A stretch of 42,310 nt of DNA from positions 1 to 42,310 of the forward strand of contig NW_021831684.1 of NCBI RefSeq assembly GCF_006345805.1, written 5' to 3'. The notes under the pieces were generated by a model. It was not told the origin of the DNA. It saw only the letters and a list, made by a program, of their open reading frames with translations, and made no database searches. Both the position numbers and the translations under genes were made by a program. This DNA is from Octopus sinensis (lineage: Eukaryota). Shown one piece after another: positions 12,011 to 23,479 of the stretch (position 1 is its first letter; the number at the start of each line of letters is the position of its first letter).

Positions 12011-12052
12011 ATATGACAGTGACTGCTAAATTGAACGATTCGCTGCCAACAG
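11774..12052. repeat. About 44 bp inverted repeats flanking a TA-rich interior
   Basis: ctgctggcagagaatcgttcaatttagcagccactgtcatatat (11774-11817) versus atatatgacagtgactgctaaattgaacgattcgctgccaacag (12009-12052). Confidence 0.8.
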
Positions 12053-12540
12053 GCTTCTCCTTCTGTTATCGAGTTGTTTATATTTTTACATTATATTTCT
12101 TATTTTTATTCTTATATGATCGTTGCGTTCACTTGTTTCACGATTTTCTTGTTTTGTATAGATTGCGTATTTACTATTTCCAGCTTTGCACAATAATACT
12201 GTGGCTGACAACAGACTTGTCAGTTCTGATATGCATTTCCTTAATGGTACACGTTTCAATGTCAGGGTTATATATGTATGTATGCTTGTTTTAGTGTGTG
12301 TGTGTGTGTGTGTTTCTGTGTGTTGTGTGCGTAATAGAGTTTGTGTGTAGGTGGACGTATAGAAGCGCAACCATGGCCGAGTTGTCGGAAAGCTTATATT
12401 GCAGGCATGCGATCTCACGTTCGATCTCAATGCTCAGTATCTATATCATATTTGTGCATACGTGAACGTATATAAATGCAGGCATAATCAAGTTATTAAA
12501 AAGCTTTTCTTTTGTTCTATTTTTGTCATTTTGCAATCAT

Positions 12541-12655
12541 GCAGGCGAGTCTGTACGATAAGAAATTTGCTTCCCTACCACATGGTTCCGAGTTCAGTCC
12601 TAATGCGTGACACCTTGGGTAAGAGTTTTCTACTATAGCCAGGGGATTTGGTAGA
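12541..12655 (+). mobile_element. SINE family A 5' fragment
   Basis: ccacatggttccgagttcagtcc...caccttgggtaagag..ttctactatagcc matches the family A head. Confidence 0.75.
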
Positions 12656-12660
12656 GTTAC

Positions 12661-12703
12661 TCCAGACTGATGAAGGGCAACTACCCTGAAACTAGTCTTT
12701 GGA
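12661..12703 (+). ncRNA. Minimal type I hammerhead ribozyme, consensus-perfect core
   Basis: Helix I UCCAGA/UUUGGA (6 bp, one G.U); CUGAUGA 12667-12673; helix II AGGG/CCCU; GAAA 12688-12691; palindromic helix III ACUAGU; GUC cleavage triplet 12695-12697. Confidence 0.88.
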
Positions 12704-12906
12704 TGTTGGCTTCGTTGGATGGAGGTGCTATTCTTCCCCGTTTGAAAACTTAAGGACACAGAACGCTTGTGTCACATAGCCAACTAGAAACGGTGTTTCT
12801 TGGGGCTAAATAACAGTAGCATTCTTTCCTTTCCTGGGACTGTCGCATTAAGTTGGCAACAATCCATCATTATATATATATATATACTTTATATATATAT
12901 ATATAT

Positions 12907-12985
12907 AAAGCATATTACTCTACCACTGGTATTTGAGTACTCTTTTTTCCACCTTGTTTCACATTTATGTGTTTACTCCGGTATA
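12907..12985 (+). mobile_element. Tail fragment of the hammerhead-hairpin family seen at 23246-23485
   Basis: aaagcatattactctaccactggtatttgagtactcttttttccaccttgtttcacatttatgtgtttac is nearly identical to 23406-23476. Confidence 0.75.
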
Positions 12986-13104
12986 TATATATATATATAT
13001 ATATATATGTCTCAGTCATGTGTGTGTATGTGTGTGTGTTGGCATACATGCGCATAAATATATACACACACATACACACTTATATATATACATATGTATT
13101 TATA

Positions 13105-13158
<54 letters not shown>

Positions 13159-13184
13159 TTATATACAAACATATACATATATAC

Positions 13185-13218
<34 letters not shown>

Positions 13219-13275
13219 TTGTGTGTGTGGTGTGTGTGCGTGTGTGTGTGTGTATGTGTGTGTGGTGTGTGTACA

Positions 13276-13422
13276 CTTTCAGTTCTGTCTATCAAATCCA
13301 CTCACACGGCTTTGGTCAGCCCGAGGCTATAGTAGAAGACACTTGCCCAAGGTATCACATAGTAGGACTGAACCCAGAATCATGTGGTTTGTAAGCTAGC
13401 TTCTTATCACACAGCCACTCCT

Positions 13423-13426
<4 letters not shown>
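13276..13426 (-). mobile_element. SINE family A 5' part
   Basis: cccgaggctatagtagaagacacttgcccaagg...cacacagccactcctgc. Confidence 0.8.
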
Positions 13427-13491
<65 letters not shown>

Positions 13492-14036
13492 TATACATAC
13501 ATACATATACGTACATACATACATACATACATACTTACATACATTAATGTTTGTTATTATGCCAACAATTTGACATTAGAGTGAAGTACTATTCAATACT
13601 CTTCGGTAGAATATATGTTTATTAAACATTTGCAGAGATAAATGTGATAGTGACTTCGAAGTTTAGGCTTGCTAGCCTTCGCCTGACAGTGGTAAATATC
13701 AGATTTGTGTGCGTGTTTGTATGCGTGTGTAAAGAGAGTGAAAGAAGTAACAGAGAAAGAGACACAGACAGACATACATACATACAGACAGACAGATAGG
13801 CATACAAACGGGGACAGATAGTTAGTCATTCTGCTAGTATTCTCTAAATACTAATTGTAAACACCTAACGCTACTTGGTTTCATAAATAACTATAGTGAA
13901 TTAATGTCACAATCTGAGCATTCAGCCTCAGTATAAACCGGTGTAATCATTGTAACCCGACACTCCGCTCTTTAGCCATCCTATTTATTGACTGAACTGC
14001 AGATGTGAAGCGCCTGCAAACGACTTAGGCTATACG

Positions 14037-14172
14037 CCATCATCATCACCATCATCACCGCCACCATCATCACTATCACCATCACCACCATCGTCGCCAT
14101 CACCATCACCATCATCATTACCACCGTCACCACCATAACCACTATCGCCGCCATCACCACCACCACGAACAC
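14037..14172. repeat. Degenerate (CAT/CAC)n repeat
   Basis: Direct reading. Confidence 0.85.
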
Positions 14173-14242
14173 CATCGGCTGCATCTTCGTTCTCTACGCG
14201 TCTTATTTATTACCACTTTGCCGAGAATCCAGGAACAATGGA

Positions 14243-14622
14243 GGCGCAATGGCCCAGTCGCTAGGGCAGCCGACTCGCGGTCGTAGGATTGCGATTTCGA
14301 TTCTCAGACCGGGCGTTGCGAGTGTTTATTGAACGAAAACACCTAATGATCCACGAGGCTCCGACAGGGGATGGTGGTGGCGAACCCTGCTGTACTCTTT
14401 CACCACAACTTTCACTCACTCTTTCTCCCTGTTTTTGTTGTTCCTGTATTTCAAAGGGCCAGCCTTGTCACAGTCTGTGTCACGCTGAATCTCCCCCGAG
14501 AACTACGTTAAAGATACACATGTCTGTGGAGTGCTTAGCCACTTGCACGTTAATTTCACGAGCGGGCTGTTCCGCTGATCGGATCAACTGGAACCTTCGT
14601 CGTCGTAACCGACGGAGTTCCA
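14243..14622 (+). mobile_element. tRNA-derived SINE family C, full length
   Basis: ggcgcaatggcccagtcgctagggc (A box)...gatttcgattctc (B box-like), body, tail ending gtcgtaaccgacggag. Confidence 0.85.
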
Positions 14623-14759
14623 CATAGCGGGCACACAGCTTGACAGCGCTACCATTGCTAGCCTTATGCCAAAAAATAGAAATTACTGCTTGATATTTAT
14701 CATTGCAAGAAAGAGAATCGCTTTATTTCTAATTTTATTTATTTAGCGGGAACAGCAGA

Positions 14760-14919
14760 GGCGCAATGGCCGAGTGGTTAGGGCAGCAGACTCGCGGTCG
14801 TAGGATCGCGGTTTCGATTCCTAGACCGGGTGTTGTGGGTGTTTATTGGGCGAAAACACTTAATGATCCACGAGGTACCGGCAGTGGGTGGTGACGAATC
14901 CTGCTGTATCCTTTCACCA
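14760..14919 (+). mobile_element. SINE family C 5' part
   Basis: Matches 14243-14405. Confidence 0.8.
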
Positions 14920-15023
14920 GTTTGTAAAGGAAGCGCATTTGAGTTTGATGGAATGAAATATGTTATGCAGTGTTTATGCTGGTTTGGCGATGCAAACAGG
15001 AAAAATGGAACTCAAAACATGAG

Positions 15024-15055
<32 letters not shown>

Positions 15056-15390
15056 CAATATTTAGCAGAACCAACAGAGTGACTCAAGGACCGTGAGTGT
15101 CCTGCACTAGCGCTTATCAAGCAAGTTATGCATGGAGGGGTTGTAAATTTATATGCCAAGTACTAATAATATTTTCCTGGATAGTTCTGGGATACATTAT
15201 AAAAACAATTACATTATCACGTGGATAATTCATATTTTTCAAATAGTTTTCCCGTTATACCGTTCAATAAGTAAATATATAACGAAGCCAATGAGGAAAG
15301 TTTTTGCGTACTTACACACACATAAATGAAAGAGCTGGTGAATATAAATACAATATACTGCATATATACATATATGCATATACATATATA

Positions 15391-15814
15391 GGTGCAGGTG
15401 TGGCTGTGTGGCAAGAAGCTTGCTTCCCAACCACATGGTGCTGGGTTCAGTCCCACTGCGTGGCATCTTGGGCAAGTGTCTTCTATTATAACCTAGGGCT
15501 GACCAAAGCCTTGTGAGTGAATTTGGCAGACAGAAACTGAAAGAAGCCTGTCGTATATATATGTGTGTTTGTGTGTTTGTGTGTGTGTGTATGTGGTGCG
15601 CGCACGCGCGTGTGTGTTTGGGTGTCAGTGTTTGTCCCCCCACCATCACTTGACAACCGACGTTGCTGTGTTTACGCCACCGTAACTTAGCGGTTCGCCA
15701 AAAGAGTTCGATAGAACAGGTACTAGGGTTTGCAAAGAATAAGTCCTGGGGTTGCTTAGTTCGACTAAAGGCGGTGCTACAGCATGGCTGCAGTCAAATG
15801 GCTGAAACAAATAA

Positions 15815-15815
<1 letters not shown>
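15391..15815 (+). mobile_element. SINE family A, full length
   Basis: Head gtggctgtgtggcaagaagc..gggttcagtcccactgcgtggc, internal TA/TG tract, tail taaaggcggtgctacagcatggctgcagtcaaatggctgaaac. Confidence 0.85.
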
Positions 15816-15850
<35 letters not shown>

Positions 15851-15950
15851 TTATGTCTATACATATGTAATCTTACACACACATACACACATAAAATATA
15901 AATACATAGGCGTCTAAGTGTACCAAAATACACTTACACTATTCATTTAC

Positions 15951-16293
15951 CCTTTTACTCTAGCACCGCCTTTAGTCGAGCAAATCGACCCCAGGACTTA
16001 TTCTTTGTAAGCCTAGTACTTATTCTATCAGTCTCTTTTGCCGAACCGTTAGGTTACGGGGACGTAAACACACCAGTATCGGTTGTCAAGCGATGTTGGG
16101 GGGGGGGATAAACACAGACACAGAAGCATATACACACACGTACATATATCTATTTCTGTCTACCAAATCCACTCACAAGGTTTTGGACGGCCCGAGGCTA
16201 TAGTAGAAGACACTCGCCCAAGGTTCCACGCAGTAGGACTGAACCCAGAACCATGTAGTTGGTAAGCAAGCTACTTACCACACAGCCACTCCT
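15951..16293 (-). mobile_element. SINE family A, inverted
   Basis: Reverse complement of family A. Confidence 0.85.
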
Positions 16294-16863
16294 GTTTAAC
16301 TAAAATTTCTGTTCATTTTCGTTTTAACTACAGAGACCTAAATATTTTCTCTTCATATTCTCCTACAAAGTACTTGATTTTTTTACTATACTGTTTTACA
16401 AAATAATATTCGTAATTAATCTTATATAAGCATGTAATATGTGCAGGTTTTTCTTATTGTCACAATGTCATGAGAAAACAGCATATGACAATGGTCAGAG
16501 CGTGCTCGAAATATAAAAATTATAAAACGAAGCTTTAGATGAAATAGAAGTCGCTTGGGTTTCCTGTAACTTCGCTGTTACTGTTCTCACACTGTTCTTA
16601 TTCTCGTTGATATTCCATACTTCACTAGTTTTTTTTTTTATTCTTGTTGCCAATGGTGAGTATTATTCCGCCTGGCGGTATTTGACTTGCAGTGAGATAT
16701 ACTTCTTTTCAGACTGACTTGGTATTGTGTAGCTGAGTAGAAAGAGAATAAAAAAAAAAAAACAAATGAAATAACGTAAAATAAGAAAAATATATCAAAA
16801 AGTGACTGCAGAACTCACAAACAGCGTTTTTAAGAGTTAGCAGGAAAGAAAAATGCATATGCG

Positions 16864-16977
<114 letters not shown>

Positions 16978-17686
16978 TCTTTATCCTTGCGAGGTCCATA
17001 AAATAAGCAACAGTCGATACCATACGTTCTAGGATCGATTTAATTGAGCAGATCGATGAAGGCATTGCCACAACATGGCCGCGATCCAATGACTGAAACA
17101 AGTAAAAGAATATAAGCATATAAGAATAGAACAGAAAACTTGAACAAATTCAATTAAGACATGTATTGATAAAAGTAGTGGAAATTCAAAAGCGTTCAAA
17201 GAAAAAATATTCATAAATAAACAAAAATTATTTTTAAAATACACACTGTGTATAATAGTAAATGTGAACATATTTCAGTTGAATGAAAAGTATTGCAAAA
17301 AAAAAAATAATAATATGATGGGAAAAAAATAGAGAGATAGAGTAAGACTTTGTGTACGTATGCACGTCTGCACTATCGTCATCTCGCTATCATAATCACC
17401 ACAACCAGTATTAGGTAAATACTGGAGAAATTTATATGTGAATGAAAATTTAACAAATTTAAGCGAATTGATATCTCAGCAAAATATAATTTAATAACTA
17501 ATAGGAAAATATAATATATATATATACGTGTGTGTGTGTATGTTTTGTGTGTGTGTGTGTGTGTGTATGTGTGTGTGTGTGTATGTATAATAGTTGTAAC
17601 TATAGATGAAATATGAAATAGTTTCACCACGTTAAAAATAAAAAGCAGTGCAATCATGAAGAAGATGAAAAAAAATAATAATAATG

Positions 17687-17725
<39 letters not shown>

Positions 17726-17834
17726 GAAACAAAAAAAATTTTATATCACAATAAATTTTGAATGTATTTTAGCTTAGAGAAATATCATGCGAAAAAGGAA
17801 AGTGCAGAAACGACATGATATCGCAATATTTTAA

Positions 17835-17883
<49 letters not shown>

Positions 17884-17894
17884 TACAAATTATA

Positions 17895-17949
<55 letters not shown>

Positions 17950-18000
17950 ATAAGTACAAATTATATGATATATATATATATACATACATATATGTCCATT

Positions 18001-18031
<31 letters not shown>

Positions 18032-18110
18032 ACATATATAAGTACAATTATATGATATATATATATATACATACATATATGTCCATTATATATATATATA
18101 TACACACACA

Positions 18111-18151
<41 letters not shown>

Positions 18152-18789
18152 GTATATATATGATATACGTAAATATATAAATGTAAATAAATATATATTA
18201 TAAGTAAATCGAGGAGAAATGAAAAAGCTATCGTTATATGCATTACCAAAATAAGAAAACTAAGTTATACACAATATTTAGCGGGCAGGTATTACTAAAA
18301 ACGGATCTGAAGTAAGCTTACAAAACACTCACTATAATATAATAACTACGTTCAATTACGATGCTATTGCAAAATGCAGAGAAAGAACTGATAATAAAAT
18401 AACTTGTAGATAAAATATGGTAATGGAGTCGTCCTGTAATTTAGGTGATATTCTGATTCAGCTTTATTTCCTTGTGTGTATAATATTAAGCTATATAGGT
18501 AGTAAGAAAATTTAGAGAGAGATGAACAGCAGATCTTCAGAGAAGAATCTCCGCTCATGTAAGTATTTCGGTCTTTAATTCCTTACACTCTAAAGAAGCC
18601 AGGCTGCATCCAAGTCATAATTCCTTCATACCGCTCTGATACCGCCATTTCTGTGCTACTACCTTCATTGCAACACTCTGGAGTCATTAATGTCGTCAGA
18701 GCCAATATACCTAGGATGTTGTAATCAGTCTAAGACGCCAGTTAACTGTAGGGTAAATTAGTTTTTGAAATTCACTTACATTCCACTTA

Positions 18790-18930
18790 ACAGACCCAAT
18801 AACGGCTCTTCTCAGCTGCTTTTGCATTGTCTTGAGAACGCTGATTCTTTTTCTCCGAGAAATTGAGAGCCGTATCATGAGATCATAGGCTAAATTGCCC
18901 TCAAACCTTCACCCACCCGATTCTGTGGAT
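18790..18930 (-). pseudogene. Possible decayed RLE-type (HERO-like) retrotransposon C-terminus
   Basis: Minus frames give GG*RFEGNLAYDLMIRLSISRRKRISVLKTM and, after a frameshift, AAEKSRYWV; resembles remembered G.RGFVG...AAEK.S.W.W termini. Confidence 0.3.
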
Positions 18931-19471
18931 TTTCCCGTTAATGTTGACGCACGAGGACCCAGCAGCTTGCTTGTTAGATTATCTACACACATGATTTGTT
19001 TTCAGGGGTGAAGGCTTGCATAGGACCAGACACATTTTTGGGAAATGCTTATAAAAAAGAATCGCTGCAAATATTTTCCACAAACTCAGTGAACAACATA
19101 CCTCAGGTTTTTCTATTAAGAGTTCTTCATTTCCTTTAACGGGCCTGGCATTTCATTACGCAAAGTGTCTATAAACATCCAACTTACAAGCAGATTTGGT
19201 GCCACCAGTTTAGTCGCCGACGGCCTGACCATGCTTACAAGTTGTCCTGGGCTATATGTTACCAGAAGCATGCAAAAATACAAATTATATGTATATATAT
19301 AAATATATATAGCGAAGTTATGAGAGGTAATGGTGTCAATAGGACCCAAAGGTGTCAGGTAATGCTGAGTAAGAGCTATGGACAGACCATAGTTAAGATC
19401 CAGGTCCGGTGATTATGCGAATAAGGAGACCATCGTAGTTCATATATCAGCATGTGAATATAAAAATTTTC

Positions 19472-20007
19472 TTTTTCAGAATGAGATAAAAATCCAAGGC
19501 TGTGAAAGATTTTAGAAAATTTACAAATAGAAGGACTTACAGTTATTTCCGGGATATTTTAAATATGCCTTCATCGGAGACGGTCTGAGAAAATGGTTAA
19601 GAAATAGTTAATTTAGATAGGATATGAAATAGAGAGTGAAATGGATAAATGAAAATAGATGTGGGATATGCAGGGATATTGCATCTGTAAATCCATTATT
19701 TAGGCAGAATGGTCTACCTATAAGATTGAAACTTACTCACAATGTATTGTAATCTTTATATGTATACCATTCTGCCTAAATAATGGATCTACAAATGCTA
19801 TATCCCTGCATATCTCACATCTATTTTCATTTCTCCACTTCACTCTCTATTTCATATCTTATCTAAATTAACTATTTCTTAACCATTTTCTCAGACCGTC
19901 TCCGATGAAGGCATATTAAAAATATCTCGGAAACAGCTATAAGACTTTCTATTTATAAATTTTCTAAATTCTTTCACAGCCTTGGATTTTTATCTCATTC
20001 TGAAAAA
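19472..20007. mobile_element. About 535 bp palindromic element with degenerate hammerhead motifs
   Basis: Arms ~19472-19714 and ~19765-20007 are reverse complements; the right arm has GUCU-CCGAUGA-AGG...GAAA-CAGCUAUA-AGAC. Confidence 0.8.
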
Positions 20008-20345
20008 TAAATTAAATTATATATATATATATATATATATATACGCAAACACTTTTTTATAATTATGAGTATGATTCTAATTAGGGTTCAGCAAAACATT
20101 TGCTTCACCACACACCGAAATTTAGAAATAGCAGCCAAAACTAGCTATTTCTCTACCATGAGAGAATCTCCCAGTCAACAATACTCAACAACCCACGTAA
20201 GCAAAGAGAAAAAATAACGAATTCACCCGGCTTTGGTTAACTGCAGACGCGTTTCGGAGTTAGATAGATATGAAAAATGCAAAAACTACATTTCCACCCA
20301 ATCATTCTCGCTCTTCGGTACAGTATTTCAAGATGGGCGTGTCTT

Positions 20346-20870
20346 CAAAGTGACACTGGGGTAAAATATACAAAGCCCAGTATACCCATCATGACTATCC
20401 ATCTGATAAGGGTACACTAGGCACATGCATCACAACCACATGTGCGCAACATAGTGGTCTCATATCAAGATAAACAGCACATGACCTTGCAGGTGGGGCC
20501 CAGTTAGAATTTTCTTCTGGTCGAGTAACCCAACCTGCTCAAAAGGTCCCTGAATAAGGGTTGTTTAAGGATGTTGAACAAAACATGTTTCCAGGGGTGA
20601 ATTATTCAAACCCCAAAGAGTCCCTCTCAACACATGGCTATGATGCTCCCCCACTACTTCTGCTCGTGATCAGAGACGCACATATCATGAGCCACTAAGG
20701 GACATGCTCAACTGGTTAAGGTCAAACAACTGACAAGCAAATCTGTGGTATTGAGCAGAATATTTGCTGTAGCCCATCTTTTATACCAAGACAAAACAAA
20801 GTACATGGTAACACTTCCAATCGGTTAAGATCAGAAGCCACGAGAGCCACTGTCTGGTACTGCATCAGGG
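20346..20870 (-). mobile_element. 550 bp element, copy 3
   Basis: Reverse complement of 7206-~7728. Confidence 0.8.
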
Positions 20871-20874
20871 AATT

Positions 20875-20884
20875 ATTGTTGTTG

Positions 20885-20933
<49 letters not shown>

Positions 20934-20992
20934 GCTGCTGCTGTTGTTGTTGTTGCTGTTGTTGTTGTTGTTGTTGTTGTTCTTGTTGTTGT
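20875..20992. repeat. (GTT)n/(GCT)n trinucleotide repeat
   Basis: Direct reading. Confidence 0.95.
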
Positions 20993-21099
20993 TTCATCTC
21001 TACAAATACTACCAGCTTCACTTTAACACTATGATTTCTTGTCGCACAACCGATACCAACACAAAGGATTTCAACATCATTATCCCAATCATCAATACT

Positions 21100-21480
21100 C
21101 ACCACCAACAACAACAGCACTAATTTTCAGCACCCCCACCCACCCCCACCACTACCATCATTACTTGCATCATTGTCGCTGAAATCATTACAACCATTGC
21201 AACCATCCCAGCTGTCACCCCCACCCCATCTACCTCTCTAATCATTTACTAACGCAACCACATTGTCACAACCATTCTCACCATCGCCTTCATCGCCAAC
21301 ACCCGACATTACCATCGCCGTCTCATCAGTACCACAGCATCCCCACTGCCATCGTAGGCAATACCATCACCACCGTCAGTATCATCATCATCATCATCGT
21401 TACCATCACCTTCATCTTCATCATCGTCTTCATCATTATCATCATCGTCGTCGTCGTCATCATCATCATCATCATCATCG

Positions 21481-21521
<41 letters not shown>

Positions 21522-21905
21522 GTCGTCGTCGTCGTCGTCGTCGTCGTCATCATCATCATCATCACCATCATAACTATCAAATTCATCATTAATATCACTA
21601 CTACCACCAACATCTCCATCACCTCTACAACAACCACCACTCTTCCCCACAACCACGACCACTACAGCTAATCTCATTAGCACCATTATCCACCACATCA
21701 TCATCATCGTCATCATTATCATTATCATTATCATCGTATTCATCATCACCACCGCTACAACCACTACCATCAATATCACCAACATCACCACCATCACCAC
21801 TACGATAGCCAATCTCAGTGGCATCATTATCAACTCCATCATTAATATCATCACCAACAGCATCATCACCACCACCAACCCCGTATCTTTCGCCATCATC
21901 GCAGT
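21100..21905. repeat. Cryptic (CAT/CAC/CGT)n low-complexity tract
   Basis: Direct reading. Confidence 0.85.
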
Positions 21906-21997
21906 AGTTGACAGCTGTGACGTGATGGACGCAAGTGACACGAAGATGTTTCGCGAGCGTGTGTGCGCGTTTGTGTGTGGCGTAACGAAAGTGGACA

Positions 21998-22089
21998 TCA
22001 CGTGATCACGTCGTCAATGACGTGTTTTCACAAGTGTCAAGACAGTTCAGGTCATTTGAAGACAGACAGGTCACGGGTCATAGAGGTCA
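21998..22089 (+). promoter_or_regulatory. Candidate enhancer: E-box, CRE/UPRE-like and nuclear-receptor half-site cluster
   Basis: TCACGTGA 21998-22005, TGACGTG 22018-22024, AGGTCA 22049-22054, AGGTCA-c-GGGTCA-tag-AGGTCA 22068-22089. Confidence 0.4.
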
Positions 22090-22518
22090 GTGGTTGCAGG
22101 ACAAGTACTTTTGTCGTCTGGGTTACATGTCATTCCGTTTTCGTAATTACATTCACAGACGCACACATACAGAGAACTACAAACATAAACACACACACAT
22201 GCATACACACATATATACATACACACACGCGTACACACATACATATATACATGCATACATTATACATACATACATACACTCATATATTCCTACATACATA
22301 TATATACACACATACATTCATATATACACACATTCATACATGCATACATGCAATCATACATGTATTCATACATACACACACACATACATTCATACATACA
22401 CGCATACATACATGCATACATACATTCATTTATACATACATGCATTCATGCATATACGCACACATGCATGCATTCATACATACATACATGCATAAATACA
22501 TACATACATACATACATT

Positions 22519-22610
22519 CCAATAGGGAGCTTTGGATCTAGGTTAGAAACCAGCTCTTTCTCTATTGCCAAGAAATCTTGAAATAAAACTGAACAATGAC
22601 ATACATATAT
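22519..22610 (+). mobile_element. Isolated 3' end of the RLE element at 22688-23125
   Basis: ttggatctaggttagaaacc.g.tctttctctattg.caagaaat matches 23045-23090; (TACA)n on both sides. Confidence 0.7.
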
Positions 22611-22687
22611 TCTTACATACATGCATACATACATACATACATACACATACATACATACATACATACATACATACATACATACATACA

Positions 22688-23125
22688 TGCTTCTGTATCC
22701 AGACTATGAATTCATATTCATACCAATAATAATTGCAAAACTAGGTTTTGTTAGTAAATGCTTAAAGGAGAATCTGGATAGACTGAGATTTTCAGAAAGA
22801 GAAATCGACCGACTAATTTGTACATTATAAGTGCAATCTGTAAGTGGAACAGTAAAAATATGCAAGACTTTTCTCAAATTCCAAATGTGAATTTGTCTGT
22901 GTTAACTACATCCCAAAGATGGAGCCTTGTATCTTTGTTGGAAACCGGCTCCCTCCTCAGTGGAAGATTTATGATAATTAATAGAAGAGACATACATGCA
23001 AAAATACCCTGCTGTTGATGTTGAAATTCCAATGAAGGACCCTTGGATCTAGGTTAGAAACCGGTTCTTTCTCTATTGGCAAGAAATTTTAAAATAAACT
23101 GAATAGACATACATTAGACATACTG
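22688..23125 (+). mobile_element. RLE-type (R4/Dong-like) retrotransposon 3' fragment in (TACA)n
   Basis: 22688-22890 reads LLYPDYEFIFIPIIIAKLGFVSKCLKENLDRLRFSEREIDRLICTL*VQSVSGTVKICKTFLKFQM*, like the PVVIG.LG/GT..I.R terminus at 6700-6847; 3' UTR follows. Confidence 0.7.
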
Positions 23126-23245
23126 AATAGACATACATAGAAACATAAGCGTGTGTGTGTGTGTGCGTGTATATATATATATACACATATATATATACAT
23201 ATATATACATAGATATAGATATATATATGTATATATATATATATA

Positions 23246-23479
23246 CTTTATTTTAAGCAGCAGAAAATTCAACAAAATCTGTTGCTCTGAGTTTCTCGTT
23301 GCCGTTCATCAGACAGTTTTTGCTAGATTCTAGCAAAACTGTCTGATGAACGGCAACGAGAAACTCAGAGTAACAGATTTTGTTGAATTTTCTGCTGCTT
23401 AAAATAAAGCATATTACTCTAGCACTGGTATTTGAGTACTCTTTTTTCCACCTTGTTTCACATTTATGTGTTTACTACG

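Noticed and set aside
10184-13399. Many long ORFs rich in YI, HT and CV (also 1222-1736, 17815-18249, 22022-26101, 32797-33385, 37593-39338)
   Set aside because: Translations of TA/CA/TG/TACA microsatellites, which lack stop codons by composition
18516-18558. Plus-strand micro-exon (AG...GTAAGT)
   Set aside because: Good donor but purine-rich acceptor, too short to support
20722-22001. PolyQ, poly-Leu, poly-His and poly-Asp ORFs
   Set aside because: Pure trinucleotide repeats, open in several frames on both strands, fused to a repeat element; no domain or splice support
23025-23075. ccaatgaagg...gaaaccggtt as a hammerhead
   Set aside because: Core has two mismatches, helix I does not form, and it is better explained as the RLE 3' UTR stem-loop
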